Assembly: GCA_002811645.1 (NCBI GenBank)
Contig: PDIP01000088.1
Location: 1 to 64,000 of the forward strand
Length of the DNA: 64,000 bases
DNA from: Corallochytrium limacisporum Hawaii
Taxonomy: Eukaryota > Protista > Pluriformea
Direction: 5' to 3'
The notes under the pieces are model-generated. The model searched no databases and was not told the origin of the DNA. It saw only the letters and a program-made list of their open reading frames with translations. This document shows positions 11,746 to 22,284 of the stretch, piece by piece. The translations under genes and the position numbers were made by a program. Numbering within the stretch: the stretch's first letter is position 1; every line of letters starts with the position of its first letter.

Positions 11746-14639
11746 AAATATTTGCAACTTGATTGAATTTGAGGCGATAATTTGCATTATTTTGTTAGTA
11801 AAATTAGAAAAAGAAATCAAGCTTTTTGAAAAGCCACAGACAGTCATATAACTACATCAGAGATATTCTGATTCAGTATTTTGATTCGTTACGGGCCGGT
11901 GTGCAGCTCTCCGCTACATTAGTCCCTCTGCGGATCTCTCCCTACTTTCACTACGGTAAAGGAGCTCCCACATTCAACTCCCTGAACGACCCTCCCCCAG
12001 TAGTGCTCCCGATAAAGGTACCGACCGTTGACTGATCTCCGCACTCGCCTAAAGGGCTAGGTTTCCCGTGTTGATCATCGTCCGGCATCCCCTAACATGT
12101 ACACATCTCAGTTCGGCTATGATGAGGTATCGATCCTGCACTGCCTTTTAACAATCGATGGCCAAAGTGCTGCATGGGCTTACGATTCGCAGACCCGGTG
12201 GCGCAGACAAGTACAGAGTGGCGGCGGACCCTCCCCGACTCGTTTGTTCCAGACGATTTGAATGGGGAGGCTATACGTTTCGCGCCGCTCATGATCCACA
12301 CAAGCCGAAGGATCCCAGTAGACTGCAAGATCGAAGCCGATTGCGGTATCACTGGGGCACTACGTCTACACTCTAACACTATACTCCAGCGTCTTCCTTT
12401 CCTTCCAGCAGATCATCACCCCTACCATGCCCTCAAGGTGGCCAGTGGATGGCGCGTATGACTATTATGCTACACTTAAACATGACTTTTGTTGTCAGAC
12501 CACCCGACCAGATGTGGGTGAGTTCGGCCAATGCCAAGTTGGCGATCCCTCGGTTCTCGACAAGGCACAGGCAAGGAGCCCCCATTAGCGACGCACCCGT
12601 GCCAGACAAAAGTGAAACTAACTAGAGGGAATTCTATCCGCCGTCAGCAGTTCGTGCGACTATCCGCGGTGTGTGGCTCACAACGAGTGATCGATTTTCG
12701 TTGCTGTTCTGATCTGATTGCGACCCGTTGGAGAGGGACCGATCAACAACGCAGCCAGTTCGTAAAGCCAGTGCTGTAATTATTACCCAACCTGTTTGGA
12801 GCAGCCCCTCTTTCTTGATAAGATTAGGATTCGAGCATTCACCTAAAGAGATTTTGTCTCCGCACACATACTCAGATTGTGTGCGAACCTTAACACCACC
12901 GCAGTACATGACACCAGACATCAGAATTGTGGATCCGTGCCCGGTCCTTGGGATCTGATCGGCCATGAACAATCTGTCGATCATGTCAACAAACAATCAA
13001 GAAAATACAACATATACACACACATTTTCACCGAAACCAGGGCCAAAGAGCGACACCGACAACAAGTGGACGTTGTTGATTTTAAAGAACCCCAACACCT
13101 CATTATATGGCCTGTAGGGGGAAGTCCCCCCGAACCTCAACCCCAGCTTTGGAATACTTCCAAACACCTGAAGCCTGGGTTGGGCCGTTTCCATACCTTC
13201 TCCCCTCAAGAATGCTCGTGTACAGCCTGTCACCACCCTCGCCCGGGCTCTCGGATCGGGCGCAAGAACCTGAAAAAGGGCGGGGGAAGCGCAACCGCCG
13301 GCCGGGTTTCGTCTTGCAGCCCGGTTTGACAGATTGGTCTGCAGAAAAAAACGCGAAAGGGTGCCAAATGCGATGATGATCATCTGTGGTGGGGGTGGTC
13401 CCAATTCTTTAGCGACCATCAATCAGTCCAACAAATCCAAGGACGCCGCCATTGGGGTCCAACATGCACTCGGAATTTGACAGGAAATACCACAAAACGA
13501 AGATTAGGCTAGGTCAATTCTGTGACAAGTTACGCGTGGTCCTCGATCCTTAATGGACGTAGAACGAAAGACCGAACAGCAATCTTCGATCTTGGTTCAT
13601 ATGCACCATCACACCAGCCAGAATTCTTGTTGGACATGCGCAGGCAAATGAAACTCTCATGAGCGCTCTCGAGGGCGGATCAATGATGACAGCACCTCAT
13701 GCATTGGGGCACGTTGGTGTAAGTAAATGCCGCATGAAGCTCCTCCTTCAGGAAATCAACTCGCTACGCACACCAAATCTTGAGAACCAATATCATTCAT
13801 TCCCGACATCACGCGATTGAAGACTACATCCGTGTGTTTATTCCAACTGCATTGCACGCAGCATGGCGATCTTTAAGGATTGGAATTGGAACTTGTGGGC
13901 AGGGGAAGAGACAATGGTTTTGCTCCAATCCCGAGAATGTACAAAGTGCCCGCCTTAACCACTCGTCTACGCCGGGTACGTCCCCCTATCTGGAAATAGG
14001 GCAGGGTCAGCTTCGCATGCAGATCTGCATTGCAGGCCCCCAGCGAGCACGATTTGGATGGTTGGAGCATGGCCTGATCCTTTGAATATGTTTTGGCCCG
14101 TTCAAATTATTGTGATTCTGGGATGGAATCATGGTTTTTCTTGCTCAGAATCTTTTTCGACTTTGTAGGGGCGCATCATTCTCGCCTGCTTCTTCAGCTG
14201 ATGATCTCTGATCTGAGACTTTGCTGCTCTATTTGATGTCCCCGAGTCTGCTCCTCCACACCCGAATCTGTTCCGTGAGTGAGTCCCGTGTGTAGGTTGT
14301 ACATACCGCGTTGGATCTCTTTCTCCATATTGGGCGGATCGATTAGATCCAAGTTTCTTCGTTTCCTATTTTCTAGACTGTTTGTCTTTGTTGATCTGGT
14401 TCTATTGCTGATGGTTCTCGTCCATTGCGAATGAATGATGATTCTTCCGAAGCCCAACCAAATCACTAATGCACGCTCACGGACAGAATCTGAACCAGCG
14501 GGGCAGAAAATGTGTATATGCCGAAGACGATCCGTGAGCAGTGTGGTGCCCGACGGCACTGGTCGGCGGGGAGCAGCGGGCCGCCCTTTATGCTCGCGGT
14601 TTATGTCCTCGAAGTATACAAACCACACTTTCTGTTCCA

Positions 14640-16380
14640 AAAAACGCCGGCCCTCCCCCTCCCTTTTCGCCGCAGTTCGAGGTCTCTCTGACGATGCGTG
14701 GATCCAGCATTTTTATGTTCTTTGCGTTGATGGCTTAGTCGGTTTGGTCCTTTTTTTTTGAGGTAAAAACTGCCCGTCTTCCCCCCCCGGGGGGGGGGGG
14801 GGGGGGGNNNNNNNNNNNNNNNNNNNNNNNNNNNNNNNNNNNNNNNNNNNNNNNNNNNNNNNNNNNNNNNNNNNNNNNNNNNNNGGGGGGGGAGGTGGGT
14901 TTGGAATGGGAGAACGGCACCAAAAAGCAAAGAAAAAAAACACAGAATGAAAGAATGAACGTAAGAAGGCCTTTTTACCGAGGATCAGAAAACGGAGACA
15001 AAAAAAAGACCCTCCCCCGGGAGAATCTCCCAAAGCAAATTCACAGCGTTTTGGTTGGCAATCGTGGACCCCCTTGCCCGTCGATCGCCGAGCGGGTTGA
15101 TCACCTCTCCCGCCACCCAAGCTAGGATCAAATGAGAAATCATGAACCCCCGAAGAATTGTTGTCGGAGACAACGGGGAAGACATGTTTTGCCTTTCCCT
15201 CTCTCCCTCTCTCGTCTCTCTTCTGAACTCGGTCGCTTTGGCCCTGTTGGCTTGGTCGTGCTTTTGGTTGGCGGCGACTCGCTGTTTTCTCAGGGGCAGG
15301 CTCCCTCCCTTTTTTTTTTGCTGGTGATTTCTCTGGCTTCGGTTTTGTTTCCTTTTGGGTTCTCCCTTCGTGCCTTCGGTTTTCAATTTTTTTTCTTGTG
15401 ATCTTGCAAAAGACGGGAGGGAGGTTCAAAAACCAAAACCAGAACACCTCTCTCTCTCCCAAAAAAAAAAGGAAAAATAGAAAAAGGGGGAGATGGGGGG
15501 GGCGGAGGAAGTGAAAGAATTGCAACAGAGACCCCCCCTCCGGGAGGCAAGGGGCATGGCCCGACCACTCGGCAGTGTTTAGGGACAACCAAAGAAAACA
15601 AAAAAGAAATAGCTGATAATCTCAGACGTCTATTTTCCTCGTAAGTCTCTGCAAGTAGACCTCTCTGGAGAAGGGGGAGGGTCCAGTGCGGAGGGAAGGG
15701 AGAGCAGAAGGAAAGAAAGAAAGAAAAAAAACAGAAAAGGAGGGGGAAAGGGTCCGGTCCGGAAATCATGGGAGGGATGACCTCGGTATAAAAACAACAG
15801 ACCAGATTACCAAAGATAGGGGCAGAGGGCGCAGAAAATCAGAAGAAGGAGGGAAGCCCCCCTCGCGGAGGGAGGGGAGAGAGAGAGAGAGAAGGAGCCC
15901 ACACAGAAAAAAAAAGAGAGAGAGAGAGAAAAAAATAGATCAAGAGCAAATCCAAGGGAAAATCAAAGGGAAAAAAAACTAAGGGAGCCCCGCAGGGGGG
16001 GGGGAGTGAGGGAGGTAAACGAGCGAGCACGGGGTAAAGTGGATCAAAACGAAAAAAATAGAAAAGAATAAAATCAGTCCGCCCCCCTTTCGGTCACCGT
16101 ACCCGTGAGCTTCACAACAGCGAGTGGGGGTGCGGGTAGTTGCGGAAACGCATAGTCAATGTAGCACAGCTTTCCGTCGTTGCAATGAGCATTGGCTCAC
16201 CAGTACTTGCCCTAAAAGAAAACTCAAAAAATGGTGAGGGGGGGCGAGGGGAAGGGGGGGGGGAAAACAGAGAGCCAGTGCGAGAGAGAGGGAGAGAGAG
16301 ATGCAAAGAAAAGGGAGAGAGAGAGAGAGAGAGCGTAGAGAGAGTAGCGAGAGGGAAAAGGGGGGAGGGTGTCCTGAGGT
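14640..16380. repeat. Large low-complexity island with poly-C/poly-G, (GA)n and A/T tracts
   Basis: A C8-G19+ run leads into an N gap. (GA)n tracts at about 15878-15930 and 16280-16350. Alternating polypyrimidine and polypurine blocks. Confidence 0.85.
14808..14884. other. Assembly gap
   Basis: N run flanked by poly-G. Confidence 1.
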
Positions 16381-16805
16381 GCGTGTCCGGTGTACGCCCG
16401 TGCCGGAGTCGGCCCGTGAAGGATTCCATTGTGCAGGTTGCAGACGATTGACTTAGGTGCGCGGGGTTTGTTGATGCGGTGATAAGGATAAAGGGAACTA
16501 CATCGGTAACGTTGACAATTTCGTTTCTTGTGGGACGAGAATTATTATTTTCATGAAAAAGAAAAGAGAATTTAATCTTTGCACAATGAAAAGAGGTATT
16601 TGGAGATTAACTCTTTTCAGTAACTTGTCAAGTGCCTACAGTCAGAGGTAATGAGGTTCGTTCTTTAACAATCGTGTGTCAACGTAGGGAGAGGTAAGAA
16701 AAAATGATTAAACCTACAGAGAGAATCTTCGGGACTACATTATCAGTCAGACATGTGACGAAAGTGATCCAGAGGTAAACTCGATGTGAAACTTAAACAA
16801 TTGAC

Positions 16806-19568
16806 ATGTCGATGCAAAACGACAACGGCGGGAATTCTAATCCCCAGTATCAGGTCCAGCTTCTGCAAGGCCTAGATCAACAGATGAGGAGAATGCCAAT
16901 GGATTGGAACCAGATCCAGAGAATGCAACACCAGGCAGCGGGGCAGCGGGTAAACCAGACTACCACAATGCATCAGACCGCTCCACAGCACATGCAGTAT
17001 GGAAGTGTGGCAAATGTTCACGCAGGTCCTCAGACGCCGCAGATTATAATGCAATCTGGAGGATTTGTTTATGACAAAGATACGGTACAGTGGATGCAGA
17101 ACAGTGGTATGAGTGTACCCATTGCTGCGACTGCTGCGGTGCCGCGTCCTGGGCAACCAGTCTTCGGTTTTGGATTCCTGAGCCCTTCAGGAATACCTGT
17201 GGCTATGATGCCCCAACAGCCCACCACTGGACAACAGCTGACTCCGCCGTATGCGCAGCAGCAAATGCAGATGCAGCAAATGCAGCATGTTGCACAGCAG
17301 GCCGCACAGCAGGCCGCGAAACAGGCTGGTGCCTATACACAACAGGACCCCCAGAGCAGCCAGGGCGCGTCCGCCTCTGCGGAAGCATTGTTCCCTTACA
17401 AGGCCCGCAGCAGCGCAGGCATGACCGAAGTCATGCAGAAGCGAAAGAAAGGCTCCGGAATGCGCGTCGACATTCCGCAGCTGATTGAAACACCACATCA
17501 GTACGAGTTGGACAACATGCTACAGCGTCAGAAGGACGCGTCGGACAGACTGACTATGGATGGTAGCAACAGAAGCGCAGGTGGTCAGAATTCTCCCGGA
17601 GGTTTGAAGACGGCCTCAACCGTCTCCTCCCAACCGCAGAGCGGCGGACTCAGCGGCGGACTTACCAACCACGAGCCCAGCAGCGCGAACACCCCCACGT
17701 TCCAACTCTGGAAGTCTGGTCAGAGTACGGCCGAATCGGTTGACGGTTCAGCGGAACCGACGCCCACGGCAGTTGCTTCAGACGATGGCATGAACCCGCA
17801 GAGCAATAGTAGCGAACCGAATGTGAACTGCAAGAGCACGCCGCAGGCCGGCATGGCTAGTCCCTGGGCTCTGCGATGGATAAATAATGCGAACAACGCG
17901 ACCACAAGGGCCATGCAGCCGACATCTGCTGGTGAAACCGCATCAAATGCGGACGTCGCTGAAGACGATAGCGCTACCGATGCTGAGGCGAATATTCCTA
18001 TCATCCGCATCCAGAAACGGTCCGTTCAGCAGATGGAAAGTGGTCCCTCCTCCGGACCAGAGCGGAAATTGCAGAAGACTTCAAACACTACGACTGGCCA
18101 AGACAAGGGCAAAGGTCGAGCAGATTCTATGACCGTGACCTCAAGCTCGTCCATGGACCGTGGCGAGAACAGTATCTCAAAGCGACAAGCGAGCTCGTAT
18201 TATGACAACCTAGAGCCGGTGCCGGCGATCGCACTGCCAAACAAGGGCAGTCTGGGAAAGACCGTCAGCGACTCGGAAGATTTGAATAAGTACACGGGCC
18301 TTGATCTCATCATGGCCACCGAACCACACCTCATCTGCGACCATCTTGACATCGGCACTCTCGTGCAGTGCAGTCGCGTGAACAGGCTCTGGTTCCGAGC
18401 AGTTAACAACCTGACCATCTGGCAATCCCTGGCGCGTGATATTGGAATGAAAGGACCTAACCGCAACGCTCGCAGCATCAAGACCTGGATGAGTGCCGTG
18501 CTGAGGAAACGAAAGCGTTTGTGTCACGTCTGCCAGCGCAAGTTTGCGGAAGGCAAAGCTCACGCCCCGCAATGCCACGACTGTGCAAACAACACTGAGA
18601 AAGGCTTCATTAGTACCAGAGAGGCGCGTCGCATGTATTGTTTGCGCCGCAACGACCTACAGGACCTTAAGCGATACCGCACCAAGAATTCCAAGCAGAA
18701 CAGCGTCCTCTTTTCGCTGAAAGAAGTCAGCTCATTGGCTTTGGAACTGTACGGTCCAGAATTCAGTGTGAACATGAGTCAGGAGAAGCGAGCGCGTTTG
18801 CTCGCCAACCGCCGCCTGGACGAAACCGTAAACCGTATTCACGCACGGTCTGTACTTGACAACCAGTCACCGGATGGCACGTTGCACACCTTCATGCAGC
18901 AGGAAATGAACCGTGGGCCACGCAAGGAACCTCCCGATCTCTACTTGCAGGGTAACGCGAACAGTCAACTGCGCAAAGCCTGGATGACAATGTTCGACGA
19001 TAAGATCAAGGAGAGCATGGACAAAGCGATTCGTGTGCAGCTCACGGACACTTTCCGTCGCGTGCTCTACAACCTGCCTTCGTGGTTACGTCAGCACTTC
19101 CGGGAGCATCCGGAAGAGGCCCAGCAATACTTTGCCATGAGCCTGAATCGGGCCGCGCCCCATTTCCCGCAGCAGGCGCTGCCGAACATTTATGACTTGC
19201 TTGCCGAAGCTGCAAACAACAGCCAACTGCAACAGGACTCGACATCCGGCAGTGATGAAGCCTCCCAACGAGATGTCACACGCGAGCCCACGTCAAATGA
19301 AAATGGCGTCGCGACGTCCCCCCAGAGGAGCCTGAGCGGCTCGGACAGCCGGCAGCACTCGGCCCAGGGCGCAGGCACAACCACGCAAGCCGATTCGGAA
19401 CGGTCGGCGCTGAGTGGGTCGTCAGGCTCTGGCTCTGGTTCTGGCAGCAGCCGGCGCAGAGGAATCGTTGATCGCAAGAATCGTGGCAGTAGTTCAGATA
19501 GCGACGACGGCAGCGGTCGCGGTAGTGGGTTTTCCAAGGGAAGCACCAACAAGGGCAATGAAATATAA
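16806..19568 (+). CDS. Q-rich F-box protein with XPA-like C4 zinc finger and XPA_C-like domain (920 aa)
   Basis: F-box-like LICDHLDIGTLVQCSRVNRLWFRAVNNLTIWQSL; zinc finger CHVC-x13-CHDC; ISTREARRMYCLRRNDL...LFSLKEVSSLALELYG parallels XPA ITKTEAKQEYLLKDCDL...LYLKLQIVKRSLEVWG. Confidence 0.8.
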   Translation: MSMQNDNGGNSNPQYQVQLLQGLDQQMRRMPMDWNQIQRMQHQAAGQRVNQTTTMHQTAPQHMQYGSVANVHAGPQTPQIIMQSGGFVYDKDTVQWMQNSGMSVPIAATAAVPRPGQPVFGFGFLSPSGIPVAMMPQQPTTGQQLTPPYAQQQMQMQQMQHVAQQAAQQAAKQAGAYTQQDPQSSQGASASAEALFPYKARSSAGMTEVMQKRKKGSGMRVDIPQLIETPHQYELDNMLQRQKDASDRLTMDGSNRSAGGQNSPGGLKTASTVSSQPQSGGLSGGLTNHEPSSANTPTFQLWKSGQSTAESVDGSAEPTPTAVASDDGMNPQSNSSEPNVNCKSTPQAGMASPWALRWINNANNATTRAMQPTSAGETASNADVAEDDSATDAEANIPIIRIQKRSVQQMESGPSSGPERKLQKTSNTTTGQDKGKGRADSMTVTSSSSMDRGENSISKRQASSYYDNLEPVPAIALPNKGSLGKTVSDSEDLNKYTGLDLIMATEPHLICDHLDIGTLVQCSRVNRLWFRAVNNLTIWQSLARDIGMKGPNRNARSIKTWMSAVLRKRKRLCHVCQRKFAEGKAHAPQCHDCANNTEKGFISTREARRMYCLRRNDLQDLKRYRTKNSKQNSVLFSLKEVSSLALELYGPEFSVNMSQEKRARLLANRRLDETVNRIHARSVLDNQSPDGTLHTFMQQEMNRGPRKEPPDLYLQGNANSQLRKAWMTMFDDKIKESMDKAIRVQLTDTFRRVLYNLPSWLRQHFREHPEEAQQYFAMSLNRAAPHFPQQALPNIYDLLAEAANNSQLQQDSTSGSDEASQRDVTREPTSNENGVATSPQRSLSGSDSRQHSAQGAGTTTQADSERSALSGSSGSGSGSGSSRRRGIVDRKNRGSSSDSDDGSGRGSGFSKGSTNKGNEI

Positions 19569-19742
19569 GACAAATTCCTTGCATCGCGAAGTTTTGAAAC
19601 GGCATCTGCGACAGTTTCTCCACTAACCACATGCATGCATACATCTAGTCATTTTTTAATGTTAAATTACACGTCATAAACATATAGAAGAGATCGTTGT
19701 TGTGTACTTCAGTCTTCTCCAATTGTCGGTATCCTGGGCAAG

Positions 19743-20906
19743 CTACTGCGGCGCTTCATCTGCCGTCTTCCGTGGCTTAGTGTGTAGCTTCTTTAACCGC
19801 TGCCTGACATTCTCCGGTAACCGCAGTGGCGCCAGTGATGGGTCTGGTGCCATGAAGCCGGCCTTCCCTCCAGGACCGTAGAGTGAATCCAGCAGAATGG
19901 TACCGTAACCCGGCACCCGCCTCTGTGCCGGATTGGTGAGTCCCCGCATGTCCGATGCATACTCACCAATGCGCAACCGTTCCTTTCCCGGACTAGAGTT
20001 CAGTGCTAGGTTCTGCCCCACAGAGAAGGCCGCGCTGCTCGCCCAGTAGAGAGTGATGCAGGCTGGGAGGTAGCTTCCGAGTGGAATGATGGCCAGTGCC
20101 ACGAAACGCATGACTCCGGTCAGGGCATCCTGGAAACGATCTGCTGGCTCCACTGGCGATGCCTCAGCTTCATTGCTGGTTTTCTGCGGCAACGGCTTAT
20201 CATTGTCAGCGCTCGATGCAAGGTCCCGCGCCGCCCGTTTGGCCACGTTGCTCTCAATGTTGATTAAATGGCAAACTCCAGTTAGAATCGGCAGGATCAT
20301 GTACGGATCTGCCTCTAGAAGGTTTGTAGCGTGCAGAACGCCGCCCATGTCCAGCCCTGCGGCTGGCGTCCCCTGCTCAAAAAAAAGCATGGGTGTGCCG
20401 GACAGGGAGCGCAGACTAAAGCTCAACAATATCCACAACGGCATTTGTATTGCTGGCAGCAGGAATGCTCGGCTCAGGGCAATATCGTGCTTTGCGTACT
20501 CTGCCGATCTCACGGATTTCGCCCGAGCCTTAAGCCGCGACGCGTACTGGCTATGACTCAATTTCTGTTTGACTGCCTCCCGTGCGACAGTGAACTTGAG
20601 ACTCTCAACCTGTACCTGGACCCAGCGGTTTACAATTCGTGCACGTTCGATCATCCGCGCATTGTACACAGCGAGCGGTAGGCTAACCACTGACCGCACA
20701 GCGACAGTTGTGGTAATGATCACCGCCCACCACGGCAGGCCTAAAGACGTGTGTAATGACTCCAGGGCCCCCGCAGTGCTGTCAATAATCACCTGGCCTG
20801 TGCTCATAGATCTTCCAGTGATCCTTGCAGTAGTCGCGAACATCGCTGGTGCCGTGTGGAGGGCTGCCCTTCTCCGGGTTCCGTGGAATGCCAGAGCCCT
20901 TAGCAT
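19743..20906 (-). CDS. COX18: Oxa1/YidC family mitochondrial insertase, COX18-like
   Basis: Contains LHTSLGLPWWAVIITTTVAVRS..SLPL, IQMPLWILLSFSLR, DPYMILP and LYWASSAAFS.GQN. The ATG at 20906 starts an Arg-rich presequence; the upstream ORF extension has no ATG. Confidence 0.85.
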   Translation of the reverse strand: MLRALAFHGTRRRAALHTAPAMFATTARITGRSMSTGQVIIDSTAGALESLHTSLGLPWWAVIITTTVAVRSVVSLPLAVYNARMIERARIVNRWVQVQVESLKFTVAREAVKQKLSHSQYASRLKARAKSVRSAEYAKHDIALSRAFLLPAIQMPLWILLSFSLRSLSGTPMLFFEQGTPAAGLDMGGVLHATNLLEADPYMILPILTGVCHLINIESNVAKRAARDLASSADNDKPLPQKTSNEAEASPVEPADRFQDALTGVMRFVALAIIPLGSYLPACITLYWASSAAFSVGQNLALNSSPGKERLRIGEYASDMRGLTNPAQRRVPGYGTILLDSLYGPGGKAGFMAPDPSLAPLRLPENVRQRLKKLHTKPRKTADEAPQ

Positions 20907-21538
20907 TGTAAATGATGGATTGATGACTTTCTTCTGTTTCTCATAGACTTGGTACTTAACATGGCGTTTTCCTGATTCTTTACAGCAAGAGTAAATCACG
21001 GCAGTGCCTCTAATTTCTTTAACACCAAAATATATGACTAATTTGTCAAGGGGAAGTTGCTGCGGGGTCGGTGCGCATGCCCCATAAATAGCCCAGCTCC
21101 GAGAGCGCGGCACATTACCGGCGTATTTCAGAACACCCGAAATATTGAATAATCACAAATCACAAAGACCCAAAGTACGAAATGCGGGAACGCTTGTGGA
21201 GCCAGCCGGTGGGGCTAGGAAAAATAGCCGGGGAAAATGAGGACCATACGCTGGTATATAGGTAAAATGGCTTAGAGAAAAATGAAGCGGTTTGTGCGGT
21301 CATTGGGATCGCGGGTCGGTTGGTCGGCTCCACGGCCAAGGCATTGCGTTTTACCGGCTTTGATCCGTTTCAAAAAAACTTAATCAAAATAGGTCCGCAA
21401 TATGACAGGTATTCACTTTCAGTATATAATTCATTCAGTGTACTGTGGACTCCGTGCAAAAGGCTGCAAATCGACTTGGCGGCTGAGACCGTCCGAACTG
21501 CCTTCACGTCAGAATCGAGCCCCCGGGGGGGGACCCCG

Positions 21539-21761
21539 NNNNNNNNNNNNNNNNNNNNNNNNNNNNNNNNNNNNNNNNNNNNNNNNNNNNNNNNNNNNNN
21601 NNNNNNNNNNNNNNNNNNNNNNNNNNNNNNNNNNNNNNNNNNNNNNNNNNNNNNNNNNNNNNNNNNNNNNNNNNNNNNNNNNNNNNNNNNNNNNNNNNNN
21701 NNNNNNNNNNNNNNNNNNNNNNNNNNNNNNNNNNNNNNNNNNNNNNNNNNNNNNNNNNNNN
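21539..21761. other. Assembly gap
   Basis: N run flanked by C/G tracts. Confidence 1.
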
Positions 21762-21777
21762 GGGGAAGGGAGAAATT

Positions 21778-21856
21778 GGTGCGAGGGCAGGGGGTTAGTT
21801 TCCTGCCCAACTCGAAATCAGCAGCTAGCCAGCACACCCGAAGAGGGGGCCCGGCA
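21778..21856 (+). repeat. 79 bp dispersed element, copy 1
   Basis: Identical to 57291-57369. Confidence 0.9.
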
Positions 21857-22284
21857 AGCGCACAGAGGGAGAAAAGCGGGAACATTCGCGGTGGCGCTGC
21901 ACAGATTGCGGTGGGTCTCGCTGTGTGGGCAAAATTTGCCACTTTTGAGAAGTGTTTGCTTTGTGTTTGTTCGTTTGGTCACGATTCCAATTGGTGACTG
22001 GATTTCAAAGTTTCTGTGTAGGAATCACCGCAGTGGACCATCAACAGAAGTGATAATTGTATAGAGCGGAAAGGTAGAAGAGGTGAGATGATCTGGGTTC
22101 TAGCGAGCCGGCGACAAGCGCAATGAAATGACACGACGTCGTCCAACTTCAAATCGTTGACCAAATTGAGTGCGCAGGAAGCACCTTGCGACGAAAGGGG
22201 AAGGAAACTAGTAAGAATGACACTTAGAGAACAAAGTATCAGGTAGAGCGCCTGGAACAGTCATGACGTGAGACACAGAATACG

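Noticed and set aside
13117-13131. GGAAGTCCCC resembling RNase MRP CR-I
   Set aside because: No matching CR-V downstream; explained by a G-run/C-run hairpin.
14435-14493. ATGATGA...CTGA, C/D snoRNA-like
   Set aside because: Only about 60 nt, with no terminal stem and no rRNA complement I recognise.
14601-16451. Several 60-290 aa ORFs rich in P/G/F/K/R/E
   Set aside because: Translations of homopolymer or microsatellite DNA and an N gap. The same applies at 14-1246, 2571-3275, 11171-11847, 56797-57592 and 63445-63980.
20907-21113. N-terminal ORF extensions in the track (also 6310, 31886, 39737, 49713, 50747, 54058)
   Set aside because: They start at TTG/GTG. The first ATG matches the family N-terminus or a targeting peptide.
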